A stretch of 63,432 nucleotides of DNA, filler included, from Octopus bimaculoides (taxonomy: Eukaryota): the NCBI RefSeq assembly GCF_001194135.2. It is 4 parts of 3 records of this genome, joined end to end, with 100 filler letters (N's around TTAATTAATTAA, not from the genome) between each part and the next. Parts side by side here need not be neighbours in the genome. Positions count along the whole stretch, not along the records: positions 1 to 28,341 come from NC_068997.1; positions 28,442 to 48,490 come from NC_069008.1; 2 more parts are not named here. One strand, written 5' to 3'. How positions within the stretch are numbered: the stretch's first letter is position 1; the number at the start of each line of letters is the position of its first letter. Below the pieces are notes generated by a model. The model was not told the DNA's origin and searched no databases. It saw nothing but the letters and a program-made list of their open reading frames with translations. Made by a program: the position numbers and the translations under genes. Positions 28,297 through 41,080 of this stretch are shown here, piece after piece.

Positions 28297-28341
<45 letters not shown>

Positions 28342-28385
28342 NNNNNNNNNNNNNNNNNNNNNNNNNNNNNNNNNNNNNNNNNNNN

Positions 28386-28397
28386 TTAATTAATTAA
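28386..28397. other. Scaffolding linker TTAATTAATTAA inside a 100-bp N-gap (also 48535-48546 and 56260-56271)
   Basis: Identical 12-mer flanked by 44 N on each side, three times. Not biological. Confidence 0.9.
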
Positions 28398-28586
28398 NNN
28401 NNNNNNNNNNNNNNNNNNNNNNNNNNNNNNNNNNNNNNNNNATTGCAGTACGCACGTTTCATGCTGCTTCAATTTATTTAAGTAATGTGAGCATTACCTT
28501 AAATGCAATATGAAGAGCAATCTTCAGCTGCACGAAAAATGCAGAAAAAAAGACATATTACAAATGTGGCAACATATTAAAACCAA

Positions 28587-28658
<72 letters not shown>

Positions 28659-29419
28659 AGCTTCTTTTAGTTTCCATCTATCAAATCCACTCACAAGGCT
28701 TCAGTTGGCCCAAGGCTATAGTAGAAGATACTTGCCCAAGGTGCCACACAGTGGGACTGAACCTGTGGTGGGGAAGCAAGTTTCTTACCTCACAGCCACA
28801 CCTAAGACAATAAAGAACATCAAATATTCACATTTGTTATCATATTTTGTGATGTTATTACATTAATAAAAAGTATGAGATGTGTTGTTTACAGCAACAA
28901 CCAAACTTGTCACTGACATGACATTTTATAGAATAGAATAATAATGCAATTGGGAAAAAAAAAATTATTAATGTAACTGTATATGTATGTGTGCATGTTT
29001 TAAATATTATGATGATAAATCTTCCATAAATGTGACTGATATATACATAACTTGGTGATTGCTCCACCTTCACTGATGATTGCCATTTCTCTAAGCTTCC
29101 TTGTTGTCAATGGCATTTCAGGCCTCTCAGATGACTATTCAGACAGGCAGTGGTTGTAACTTCCAGTTGATTGATCAAAACATTTTGTGAGATATAATCC
29201 CTGTGAACTGCCATTGTCTCTTCGGATATGAAATGAACTTCTAAGCCTTTTCACATACTACATAAGTTGAATGACCATGTCTAGGATGATGTACATTCTA
29301 TACAGTTGATCCACTTCAGATGGTTGACATACCCGGCCTTGAAAGGGGTACATGGCCACATGTTTCACACTGCCAACACTTCTTCAATGCAATATAAAGT
29401 TCACAATAGATCAATTACC

Positions 29420-29660
29420 ATTTTATGAAGAGGTGAAAATGGCTTTCAAACAACTAAATACTGGTACAACACTTTGGTAGAGATGGTCTTCTTGTTGAAT
29501 TACTGATGGCTGAAAGCAAAAAAGTGACCCATGGAGTATTTAATCTCACCACTAAGAGCTAAACTGGCAGCTCTGTGCAAGAAGATTGTATTGATGGCAT
29601 TTTAGTGTCTTTGTTCATAAATACAGGAGAGAAGGGAATTTGGGACCACTACCATAGCCT
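29420..29660 (+). mobile_element. Short degenerate LINE RT N-terminal fragment (RTE-like)
   Basis: 'EEVKMAFKQLNTG...RDGLLVELLMAES...IDGILVSLF', resembling the KAPGxDG and I..LFKKG region. Confidence 0.5.
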
Positions 29661-30398
29661 CAGTGAAGGTACAAGGCTTAGTGGTTCGGGTATTTGGCTC
29701 ATGATAGTAATGTCATGAGTTTGATTCCCAGTAGCTTGTTGCGTTCTTGAGCAAGACACTTTACTTCACATTGCACCATTCTACTCAGCTAGCAATAATG
29801 AGTTGTACCTGTATTTCATATCTCCAGCCTTGTCAGATTTTGTGTTACATTGAATCTTTCTGAGAACTACATTAAGAGTATGTGTGCCTGTAAAGTGCTC
29901 AGCAACATGTACCTTAATTTCACAAGCAGGCTGTTCTGTTGATCGGATCAACTGGAACCCTTGTCATAACCAATGGAGTATTAGTTAGTTATCATGGTAT
30001 TACACTCCTAGAAACTGTCGGCAAAATGCTTGCAAGACTTTTGTTGAACAGGCTACTACACATACATATGCATACATTCATGGCCTGGTGCTTAGGGTGT
30101 TGCACTTAAATTCACGAGGTTATGACCTCAATGCTATGTGTTGTGTTCTCGAGCAAAATACTGCATTTCACTTTGGTCTCTGATCATTTTGTCATCTAAC
30201 ATGTGGCTCATTTGTGCACTTGAACAGACAATGTTGATTTGATGGTGAGAGTGAGCATACAGGATTATAAGCATTTGGTCTCTGTAAACAAATTATGTGT
30301 GTGGTTGCTCAGCAAATAAATTGCAGAATTCTCATCTCTCATCATCATTTAACTTCCCTCTCCTTTCTTATGCTCTCACTATATATCTCTTTTTGATT

Positions 30399-30459
<61 letters not shown>

Positions 30460-30484
30460 GTAGGTAGGAAGGTAAGTAGGTAGA
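30399..30484. repeat. (GATA)n/(GGTA)n tract at the 3' end of the Tx1 element; matching (GATA)n at about 35694-35890
   Basis: Read directly. Confidence 0.9.
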
Positions 30485-33400
30485 TTTCTTTATTAGCCAT
30501 GCAAGGCTGAACACAGAGAAGACAATACAATTTTTCTTTTTCAAAATTGATCAATAGGGGAAACAAGAATTTTTTTTTTAACAATGTGTAAACAGTGAAA
30601 TAACAGAAAAGTCATTAACAATAAACATTCCCAAAAGGAAATGTAACACTGACTAGGTTTATCCGTAGAAAGAAAAACCTATGAAAAGAACCACGGTAAC
30701 CTTGGAAACGAAAAGGAAAAAAAAACATTAGCATGAGCAAGGCACTCTTTCTGTCGTTGTTTTATAGGATCATGCTTAAGGTGTTTTCGTCATTTATTCA
30801 TACCGTCCTTGCCACATTCACCCACCTTTTATTGAATCTTTCATTAAACAAAACTCTCTATTCTCACCTTCCTCTTCAAGTGATACTTGAAGAAGTTGAT
30901 GAGAGGTTGGCCAGAGAGGAAAGTGTTTGTCTCTAAACTTTTCACATGGGTCCCTCACACACATTCTTTCACCATAGCTACCAGTACAATGCAAACTGCC
31001 TTGCCTTCCCTGTTAAAGGAAGGTGGCAGGACAATATTCACAATAGACTCGGCCGACAACCGAATTCGTCCCACATGTGACAGCAGCTGTTCACCATAAG
31101 TTCACCGGTCTGAAATGTTTGGACATTGCATGAGTGCATGCAGAATGGTTTTATTGCTCTGACCGCATCTCGGGCAATTTGGTCTAGTGTTTCTTGAACT
31201 GTGCCTGTAGAGATTATCCTGAATGGGCAATGCTTCCCAATAGCACTGCCAAGCCAGGGATCTCTGCCTCGGTCATCAGAATGCTTCCTTTCCACAAAAA
31301 GCAGAAGAGTATGTGCTCCACCTTTGTGAGTGTAGGGTCAGGACAAGGCACAACAGTCAGACGGTAGTAGATGACAGATGCAATGTACACATTCACCACC
31401 ACAGCCTGACCTTTTAGAGATAACTTCCTCTTGGTCCATTGCTGGGTGAGACTGGCCACTCTACTCATTATCTTGTCCCAGTTCTTCTCCATTTGGAGAT
31501 CCAGACTGAACCAGACCCCAAGTAATTTAACTGGTCTGTCGGTTCACTTCCCAGGATGGAGATGCTGTTGGACGACATGGGCTTGCTTCTCCAGGTGCTG
31601 AGCCACAACCTCACTGACTTTTCCGGGTTAATTTTCGCTCCCATTACTGCTTCGTATTCTTTTAGTATCTCACTGACCAGGTTGACATGCCTATGGCTTG
31701 ACACTATGATGGTGACATCATCTGCATATGCAGACATGCTCCTCCTGCATCCCAGTTCTTGCAGGATGCCCTGCAGTGTTGCCAGCTTCCGAAGTAGTGA
31801 CTCTAGAGTCAATGCATACAGAAGCAACTAAAGGGGGCATCCTTGACGAACCAAGTGTATGATGTTAAATGGTCTGGATAGATGGCCATTTACAGGAATT
31901 ACCAAGCAGATGCTGCTGTATGAAGCAGCGATCCAAACACAGAAGGTGGAACCAGCCACCCTAAGGACAGCCTCCCAGTAATGATGGTTGAACCTGTCGA
32001 AAGCTTTTGATTGATCCAAATTGATCAGTACCCTACCCATGTCAGGTTCCTTAACTACCCTGTCTATGATGCAGTGCATCAGATGGAGGTTGTCAGGGAT
32101 ACTCCTGCCTGGCACAGTGCATGTTTGAGCCTTGTCGACCAGTTTCTTGTTGACAAGCGCCAAACCCTCGGCTTGCACCTTAGCTATAAATCTTCAAATC
32201 TGCATTGAGCAGAGTGATGGGCCAGAAATTATCTATAACGTCCCCCTTGTTTGGGTCTTTCACTGCTCCTTGGCTCACAAAACTAGGGATACTCCTATTT
32301 TGCTACTAATTGCAGTAGACTGTTGCCAAGACTTCTCCTAACAAGTCTGGCATATGACAATAAAGCTCGTAGGGCAGACCATCCAACCCTGGCAACTTGT
32401 CTCTCATGCAGCCTGCCATCATGTTCTGTACCTCTTGCTGAGAGTCGTGGAAGGCCATGCAGGTAGGCAATAAAGTCCACCCTGCGTTCTGACCCACCAG
32501 TCATCCCAAACAGTCGGGCAAAATGCTGCTGAAAGGCCTCACACATCCTTCTAGCTCAGGTAATTCACACCCTTGCTCATCCATCAGATACCAAATGGTG
32601 GCTTTGTTGCCATGGTGTGCCTCCACAACCAGGCTTCTTGGGCAGCTGCCATTCCTTCATTTCTCAGAGTACGCATCCTAGCTCTGACAACGCAACCTTC
32701 GTGTTTGGCGTTGGAGTGTTGGTCAAAAGCCAACCTCGCTGCCAGCACGTTGGATGTGATGCCAGTTCTAAGTGCCTCTTCTAATTTCTTAACTAAGTCT
32801 CCTTCTATTCTATTTTGGTCTATTGCTAAAACCTTGCTGTACCTAATCAATTCTGCTTTGATTGATCTATTTAGGGCAAACCATGATTTGTTGTTGAGGA
32901 TGCCCCCCTCCCCAACACCTTCTTAACTAATATGCTAATCTGGTCTCTGTAAGCCTGTCCCACCAGGAAAGACACGTTCAGCTTCTAGTAACCAGGACCC
33001 TGTCTATGATTCCTATCTAAGTCGAGCATACAAGTCATGAATTTGTGATCTGTGTAGCTGACTATCTGAAATTGTAGACAACCTACACTATCCCTATCCA
33101 CTGTCTTACAGAATACTCTATCTAAATACGATCTGGATGACCTGATGTGGTTGGTCCATGTCCACATTGGCACATTTGAGTAGTCCAGTCTATGAGCCAC
33201 TTGCATCCCCTTCTCTTCCTATCTTTACCCACAAAGTCTAAATGTGTGTCCAAGATAGCGTCCCAATCCCCCACTAAGAGTAAAGGTCGTGACATTCCCA
33301 GGAAAATCTCTAGACATCGAAAGAAATCCAGCTGACCTGTTAGGGACAGTACATACACTGTTATTAGTCAGAAAGCACAGCCATTAGTCATCGACGTCCA

Positions 33401-35340
33401 AGATGACCAGCCTGCCCTCAGGGTCTAGGAATACTGCCCTTACTTTCAGATCCAGACTCTTTCGAAAAAGCCCTGCAGTATGACCACTGCCCATTCTCAG
33501 CAGACAAGGAAAAATAAATATCGAATTGTCTGCTGAACATAAGCTGGAGGATCCGTGGTTGGAGAGTCTGGTTTCGTTGATGGCTATGATATCTACGTTT
33601 TGTGACTTGATGACATTTAAGTTGTAACCTTGTTTCCAAGGCGACACTATTTTGAGCATGACCCTAATGAAACTTGTGTTTTACACACAAGAAGAAAAGG
33701 AAAAAGGAGAGAGTGACTTACTGTTCGAAAGTTAGTTGCTTTCCTCCTTAGAAGTTTCTGTCAGGAGGTCTTTATACAGTTTTTGTGAGAGGTATTTTTG
33801 AAATCTCCCTACTGTATTAGGGTAGAGAGATTTCAGTGTATTGTGTGTGTTTTGCATCATGTTCAGGATCTTTATGTATTGTGGTGGTGGTGGTGGTGTT
33901 GTTTTGACATGGTCGTGTGTTATGTCAGTGTTTGACCTAAAGGATTGCATCAGGTCCAAATTGTTGATGTTGATGGCGGTTAACATTGTTGGTGTTTGTG
34001 TGTTTGTAGTGTTGGTTCTGGTGTTGTTACATGTGGGAGTTTTGTTGTCAGGAGTTGTGTATCTCCCTGCCTTGTTTGATTGTGTGGTTGTTCTTTTTTA
34101 CTCCTTTTTCTCCTCTCCCTGTGGCTATTTGCCATTCTTCCATGTTACTTTCATCAGATGACATGTTGGAGGAATCAGAGAATAGGAGGGGAGTGGTATT
34201 GGGGTAGATTTGAGAGTGTGTTGATGTTGATGTTGTTGCTGTTATTAGAGTTGGTTGGTGGCTGTTGGGATGTGATGTGTGGGTTGAAGGAGATGAGGGG
34301 TTGATCTTTGTCTTTTCAGGGTTCGGTATTTCTGTAGCTGTTGTTATTGGTGGTAGTGATGGTGTTGACTTCTTGGGTTGGCTGAGTTGGTTGGTTGTTT
34401 TGTGGAATTCTTTCGTCTGTTTGTGGAGCTGCTTCATTTTTTCTGCTGATGGTGGTGTGGGTAATAGTGCTGGTTTGCTCTTAAGACTCTGATTTTCTTG
34501 TTTTGTCAATTTGCAGTCTATTTTCAAATGGTATTTGCTACCAGAAAGGTAGCAATCTGGCCTTCTGCCCTCAACGGTGACATATAAGGCCATGCCATCC
34601 AGTAGCTTTATCGAATCTGGGAGATTTTCGATTGTCTCTTGATTTGCTTGGATTAGAAGCTCAACTCTTTGTCCAACCCCGTTTTGCTGTTCTAGGACGG
34701 CAATTTCTATGTTTAAATTTTCTTCAAAATCGTAACAGACAGCTAACACCAGCCATCTTATTTATATTTCATGGGGCACATCTTTGATTCTCCCCTTCGT
34801 CTCCCAACGACCGAGCTAAGTGGGAATCATTATCAAGTTCTCATATTCGAGGGATTTCGTTGATAAGTCTTTCATGCATTCCTTTGCGTCAGATCTTACC
34901 TCAATTGTGGTAAATCTTTTGTCCTTTGTGATATATGTTTATAAGCCCATTCGGGCCGTAGACATTTCTCAACTGTTTACTGAATGGTTTGTTCTAGTCT
35001 TTTAGTCATTATGTTCAGAATTTTAAGTATTATTGTTTTTTTAGAAATATCCTTTAAAATGCTTTCTGAGGTGTTGAGGTTTGGAGTCCTATTTTCTTTG
35101 TTCAATCATTTTTTGCATTGTATTAGTTCTGTTGAGAAGGACATTAATTGTCTTTGTTGTTTTAAAATAGCTGCAAAGTGATTTGGCTTGTCAATTGCAC
35201 TGTTGTTGGGGACTGTGGTTTTTGCAACAGTAGTAGTAACAGGAGAGGTAATGGAGGTGGTTGCACCATTCATCTCTCTGCTTTTCCTTTCCCACTTGTT
35301 TGGAAGGAAAGCTTGAGTCAGTATGCGTATTGTTGTTCAA

Positions 35341-35391
<51 letters not shown>

Positions 35392-35693
35392 TGCATCAGT
35401 ATTTTCTTTTTGTTTGATGTGTTCAGTGATGGTAATAGTGGAAATTCCATTTCTAATTGGAACACAGGAACGCTGTCAGCTGAACTGTCCATGTCTGTTT
35501 TCCAGACAGATGAAAATATTTACGAGATAAGATTTTGCAATATGAAAATTCACCCTTAAAGGGAAAATTTTCAGATGAGTTTCACTCAGGGTCAAGCAGA
35601 TGGTATTAGGTACCTTTCTGACAAAAATATATCCATAAGCAAACAGGACAAAATATATGAACTTATGCGAGACGACGCAAAAAACAGCCAATC
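30485..35693 (-). mobile_element. Degenerate Tx1/L1-clade LINE (ORF1 with decayed zinc knuckle; ORF2 APE + RT)
   Basis: ORF1 at about 34048-35290 ('EGRRPDCYLSGSKYHLKIDC'). ORF2: 'VDIIAINETRL', 'DPEGRLVILDV', 'LVGDWDAILD', 'SYLDRVF', 'YTDHK', 'PGLDGLPYELY', 'PGRSIPDN', 'LDQSKAFDR', 'VRQGCPL', 'AYADDV', 'GAKINPEKS', 'LSLKGQAVV'. AATAAA at 30489-30494 (minus). The 5' limit at 35693 is inferred. Confidence 0.9.
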
Positions 35694-35705
35694 AGATAGA
35701 TAGAC

Positions 35706-35741
<36 letters not shown>

Positions 35742-37126
35742 NNNNNNNNNNNNNNNNNNNNNNNNNNNNNNNNNNNNNNNNNNNNNNNNNNNNNNNNNNN
35801 NNNNNNNNNNNNNNNNNNNNNNNNNNNNNNNNNNNNNNNNNGACAGACAGATAGACAGACAGATAGATAGATAGATAGATAGATAGACAGAAAGATGGAC
35901 GGACGGAAGGATGTGTTTGCATTCGTGTGTGTATATCTTTAATCTTTTACTTGTTTCAGTTATTAGTCTGCGGCCATGCGGAGGCACTGTCTTGGAGAAT
36001 TTTAGTCGAACTTATCGACCCCAGTACTGATTATAGTTTTGTAAACCTGATACTTGTTTTGTTAGTCTCTTTTGCTGAATCACTAAGTTATCAAGCAGTG
36101 GTGAGGAACAAATACAGGCACAAAAACATACACACATACATGCATACATACATACATGTTTTTTTAATATTTAGCGGAAGCAACAGAGTGACTCAAGGTC
36201 TGAGAGTTTCATGTGTTGAATCTTATCAAACTAGTTGCATGCTGAAGGTTGCGTGTTTATATAGCCGTTGATAAACAAATAAATATATTTCCCAATGGAA
36301 TGTTCGAAAACGAATTATAATAATACCATGTGGATAATTTAAAAAATTCAAAAGTTTGCCTGTTATGTTGTTCGATATGGAAATACATGGATAAATAAGA
36401 AACAAACAAAGAAAGAAAAAAGAAAAAACAATATTGCGTGACATCATATACACATACACATACTCACATACACACATGCACATACATAGATACACATATC
36501 AAAATGAAACAAACCTCACAAAATTTGTACATACATATATATGAGAAAGTACTCATGAATTAGGTGTATGAGTATGCATGCATATATACATTAATACACA
36601 TATACATGCACACACATGTATACATACACATGCACATATGCATACATACATACATATATATGCATATACACACATACCTATATATATATATACAATTATA
36701 CATATATATACATATGCAAATACAAAAGGAGAAGGAAAAACAAAAGAAGAGCTGGTTTTATATATTTTATTTTATTTTCTCCATTGCATATCTGTATGTA
36801 GGTATGTATTATACATGTATGTATATATGTATATGTGTATATATGTATATGTATATATGTGGGTGCATATTTGTATATGATTATGTTTATATCTATTTAT
36901 ATCTATTTTATTCTAATCTATACTTATTCTTTGCTGTAGTCTGCTTGCCACATATAGGTATGTATGTGTGTGTGTGTATAGGTATGTGTGTATGTATGTG
37001 TATGTGTTGATGTATGTATGCTTGTATCAGCTTGTATATTTGGGTATATGTATGCTTATGTACACATTTGTGTATATGCATGTGTATATGTGTGTATATA
37101 TATATATACATATATATTTATGTGAG

Positions 37127-37157
<31 letters not shown>

Positions 37158-37731
37158 GTGTGAGTATGTGTACTATATACATACTGCGCGTATATATATA
37201 TATGTATGTATGTATATATGTGTGTATATGGATGTATATGCATATATATATACACACACACACATATATATATGCATGTACATATATTTTGATCACCTTA
37301 TTGCTTGGAATTGTTTGGATAATACCATACTAAATTCAGTTTTCCTCACCCTCTCTTACTATCCTATATATCCCTCTCTCCACCCCTACACACTCAATAA
37401 AACTATATAAAGAGACCCGCCATAAAGTTTTCTCAAAACAATTTGAAAAACCTACACGACTAGGTGAAAAGCGCTTCATTTAATATGTGACATTAATAAA
37501 AATCTGTAAATGTACAAACATCCAGGTTTCTGAGTACTTTAATCTTTTATATATAATTTCTGTACATCACCTCCAAACCTTCAAATATATATATATGTAT
37601 ATATATGTATATATATATATATATGTATATATATGNNNNNNNNNNNNNNNNNNNNNNNNNNNNNNNNNNNNNNNNNNNNNNNNNNNNNNNNNNNNNNNNN
37701 NNNNNNNNNNNNNNNNNNNNNNNNNNNNNNN

Positions 37732-37777
<46 letters not shown>

Positions 37778-37964
37778 CATTCTAATGGTCACTTGGACAT
37801 GTAACATCTTAGCTCGTAAGTTACCTCATCATTTCGTATTCGTCTTGCTTTTATATGTTGATTCCCTGAAGATGAATATATGAAGAATTCCAGCAGCTCT
37901 TACTTCTTTTTAGAAGAGATCTTATATATTTTGAAACATGTGTAGGAATTAAAGGGACTTTTAT

Positions 37965-39050
37965 TTATATGCCTCTTGCTCCAAAGAGATGCATATTCCA
38001 AAGAGATATGCTAAATGTTGGTTCTTGACATCCTTGCCTGTTGATATAAGTATCTTTGAAGTAATCCAAAACTGGCAATGCTGGCGTAATAACAAGGAGC
38101 TCTTCAAAAGCTGCCTGAACAGATTCAGTGGGTATAAAGGCAAGGGCTGCAACAATCCTCATTTTGAGGGAAAATTTAATGTTATTTTGATAATGCTTTT
38201 GAAAGCTAAGCTCCTGTATTTTCCTATGTATATTTTGATGCAAATGAAAGAAGCAGCCTTTAACATCAGTTTCAGGGAAGTACACAAATAAAGTATTCAG
38301 CATTGCTTTTCCCAAATCTGTCATTGCACTCTCAGGAGTGCACTTTGTCAAGTTCTTTACTTCCTGTATTAATTTGTTATAAATTATCCGAGTCTTATCC
38401 AGCAAGCATGCCTAGATGCAGGGTATAGTGTGTTGATCTACTATGGCATGAATCATATACAATTGGCTAAAACTTTCAGGAACTACTTTAAATGTTTCAC
38501 CAAAATACCAACGAGGAGAAATTTTCAGAAATTCTATGCTTTTAGCTGTTCTAAATATCAAAATCCTCTTGCCATCAAGCATTGAATCATGTAACAAAAA
38601 ATTTTCCCCATTGGCTGTTTTTACACAGTTTCCAGGTATAACAAGTATATGATGTATAACAGGTATAACAGGTAAATGATGGTAGTGGCACATGATTCCT
38701 TGTCTTCTGTTTATAGCATCTTACATCTCATTGAAGGATATGGAGGGAAGGTATTTTTGTAGCTGCCTCTTCTGATATAGATGTACAAGCTTCCGCAATG
38801 ATTTGTGTACTCTCTGCAGTTCCTGTTGCATGTTTTATAATTTCTTGAAACACTTCAGTATATCTAGTGCATGTGTATCACTGTATAATTGCCACATCTT
38901 TACCTTTGCTTTACGTGATGCCTTCAACCTCTGTTGTTCACATTCGTAAGATACCAAACCATTTGCTAAATGTTTCTGCTTGACATAAATATATCCCTCG
39001 TGAAACAATTTCAACTTTTCTTTGTTCCTCTTCACAAGCTCCATCTTCAA
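37965..39050 (-). mobile_element. Degenerate Mutator-like (MULE) transposase with FLYWCH-like N-terminus
   Basis: 'KLFHEGYIYVKQK...SYECEQQR', 'WYFGETFKVVPESFSQLYMIHA...PC' (decayed DGTF), 'MTDLGKAMLN...FPETDVKGCFFHLHQNIHRKIQ', 'ALAFIP', 'LDYFKDTYI', 'FSISLWN'. No TIR pair found. Confidence 0.88.
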
Positions 39051-39330
39051 TGAGCGGAAGTTAAGTGAGTTTATAAAATAAAATCTTCACCGCCCTGAGG
39101 ACAATTATATAAACTGTATAAATAAATAGATAAAACAAGTGAACGACTGTACTCCTATTTTAATGAGAAATTGAAAACGAAAACCAAGGCAACTCATCAG
39201 TTTATAACTAACAAGGTAATCAATTTATCAATATTCTTGTGGTTTAATATTGACCTCCAGGGAATTTTGTCCCAATACCGTATGTACGCATGTATGTATG
39301 TATATATATATATGTATGTGTGTGTGTGTG

Positions 39331-39385
<55 letters not shown>

Positions 39386-39419
39386 GAAATTTACAAAACA
39401 AAAGAAAAACAGAAGACAA

Positions 39420-40340
39420 AGACAGGTGTATGAACAACAAGCAGGTGTATTAGTTTGACACTGAGGAAAGGGAGAAAGTTTTACAGTTCAAGCCTACACT
39501 CTTCAACAGAAAGAAATAATAGAAAACAGATAGAGAGAGAATTTAAAAAATCGATTTAGCGATCAAGTATGGTGACTGGTTGGGAAAAAAAGGTTTGACA
39601 GGAGAGGTAGAAAAAAGGGGAAATAATAAAGTATTGGCAATCCCAAAACAAAGATATGCATGCATATGTGAGAATGTGTAAGTGCATGGGTGTGGATAGA
39701 GGCTAGTGACTTTGACGTGTGTAAGTGTGTGCATCTGTAATGTGCGGGTGTGTGGATGATGGTGTGTGGGTGTGCAGATGATGGTATGTAGTGTGGATGC
39801 TGAGAAGTGGTCAGTGGTAGTGTGTGTGGAGTGGTGTGGTGGTGTGTGGTGCGGAGGTGAGGTGGAGATGTGGGGGCAGGGATGTGGGTGGAGGGGGTAT
39901 CAAGGAAGAGAGAAGGTGGGTAAGAGTGAAGAGAGGAAGTAGATGTCAGAGCAAGAGAGTCTCCTCTCTTGCTCTGAGTGTGTAGGAGTGAAGAGAGGAA
40001 TAGGTATCAGAGGAAGAGTGGAGAGGAGGAGAGTCAGATGAATAGAGGTGGGAAGTTGAGCCCACGTGGCGCAAAGGAGAGAAGAGAGAAGATTAATTCC
40101 TGTTCACAGCGAAGGCAGAAGTCCGGATGGCCCCCGTGTAAAAGCTAATCCAAACACAGACAGGTGTTGTAGTGAATGACTGGTAGAACTGAAGTGGTGC
40201 AAGACCAGGGTGTCATTGCCAAGTCTAATGTCACAGAGGTGCTTTGCGAACCGGTCAGCCAAGCAGCATCCCATTTGACTGATGTACAGAGAAGGGCAGA
40301 AAGAGCAGGAGAGGCAGTAAATGACATTGTTAGAAGTGCA
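39420..40340 (-). mobile_element. 3' end of a Penelope-like element (GIY-YIG + pLTR with decayed hammerhead)
   Basis: 'TSNNVIYCLSCSFCPSLYISQMGCCLADRFAKHLCDIRLGND'. Decayed hammerhead CTGTTGA-A-GAG-tgtagg-CTT-GAAC at about 39481-39510 (minus). Confidence 0.85.
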
Positions 40341-40424
40341 ATATATATATATAATTTTTATTTTGCACTTTCACTGTGAAACTGAATGTTTCAAAATTTT
40401 TGTGCAAATTTATTGTTGTTGTTG

Positions 40425-40800
40425 GTACTCCGTCGCTTACGATGTCGCGGGTTCCTGTTGATCCGATCAACAGAACAGCCTGCACGTGAAATTAAAGTAC
40501 AAGTGGCTGAGCACTCCACAGACACGTGTACCCTTAACTTAGTTCTCAGGGAGATTCAGCATGACATAGAGTGTGACAAGGCTAGCCCCTTTGAAATACA
40601 GGTACAACAGAAACAGGAAGAAAGAGTGAGAGTTGTAGTGAAAGAGTACAGCAGGGTTCGCCACCATCCCCTGCCAGAGCCTTGTGGGGTTTTAGGTGTC
40701 TGCGCTCAATAAACACTCACAACACCTGATCTGGGAATTGAAACTACGATCCCACGACCACTAATCCACTGCCCTAAACACTGGGCCATTGCACCTCCAC
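40425..40800 (-). mobile_element. tRNA-derived SINE; second copy at about 50610-50896
   Basis: The two copies align over about 280 bp ('ttgatcc.atcaac.gaacagcctgc.cgtgaaatt...gctgagcactccacagacacgtgtacccttaac'). A/B-box-like head on the minus strand. Confidence 0.85.
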
Positions 40801-41080
40801 TGTGAAGTAATAACTAGACATCATAAGTATCAGTATATTGGTTCTTCTGCTACTAGTTGGAAATCTAAATTTATAATCATTCTGATTCCTTTAAATATAG
40901 AAGAAAATGTAATTCTGCTCATCTTTGTAAATGCATTTGGAATTTAAAGGATAAGAATATTAAATATGATTTAAAGTGGTCCATTATTAGTTATGCGCCA
41001 TCGCATAATATTGGTAGTTCTACTTGCATTTTTTGCCTTGAAGAATTATATTTTATAATTACTTCTAAATTAATTTTATT
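40797..41080 (+). mobile_element. Penelope-like GIY-YIG fragment (second subtype)
   Basis: 'CEVITRHHKYQYIGSSATSWKSK...CIWNLKDKNIKYDLKWSII...CIFCLEELYFII'. Confidence 0.75.

Noticed and set aside
28386-28397. Recurrent palindromic TTAATTAATTAA islands inside gaps
   Set aside because: Identical placement in the middle of 100-bp gaps shows an assembly linker, not biology.
35425-35691. Protein-like frames on both strands (one faintly GPCR-like)
   Set aside because: There is an internal stop and no clear motif. It is better explained as Tx1 5' UTR or neutral DNA.
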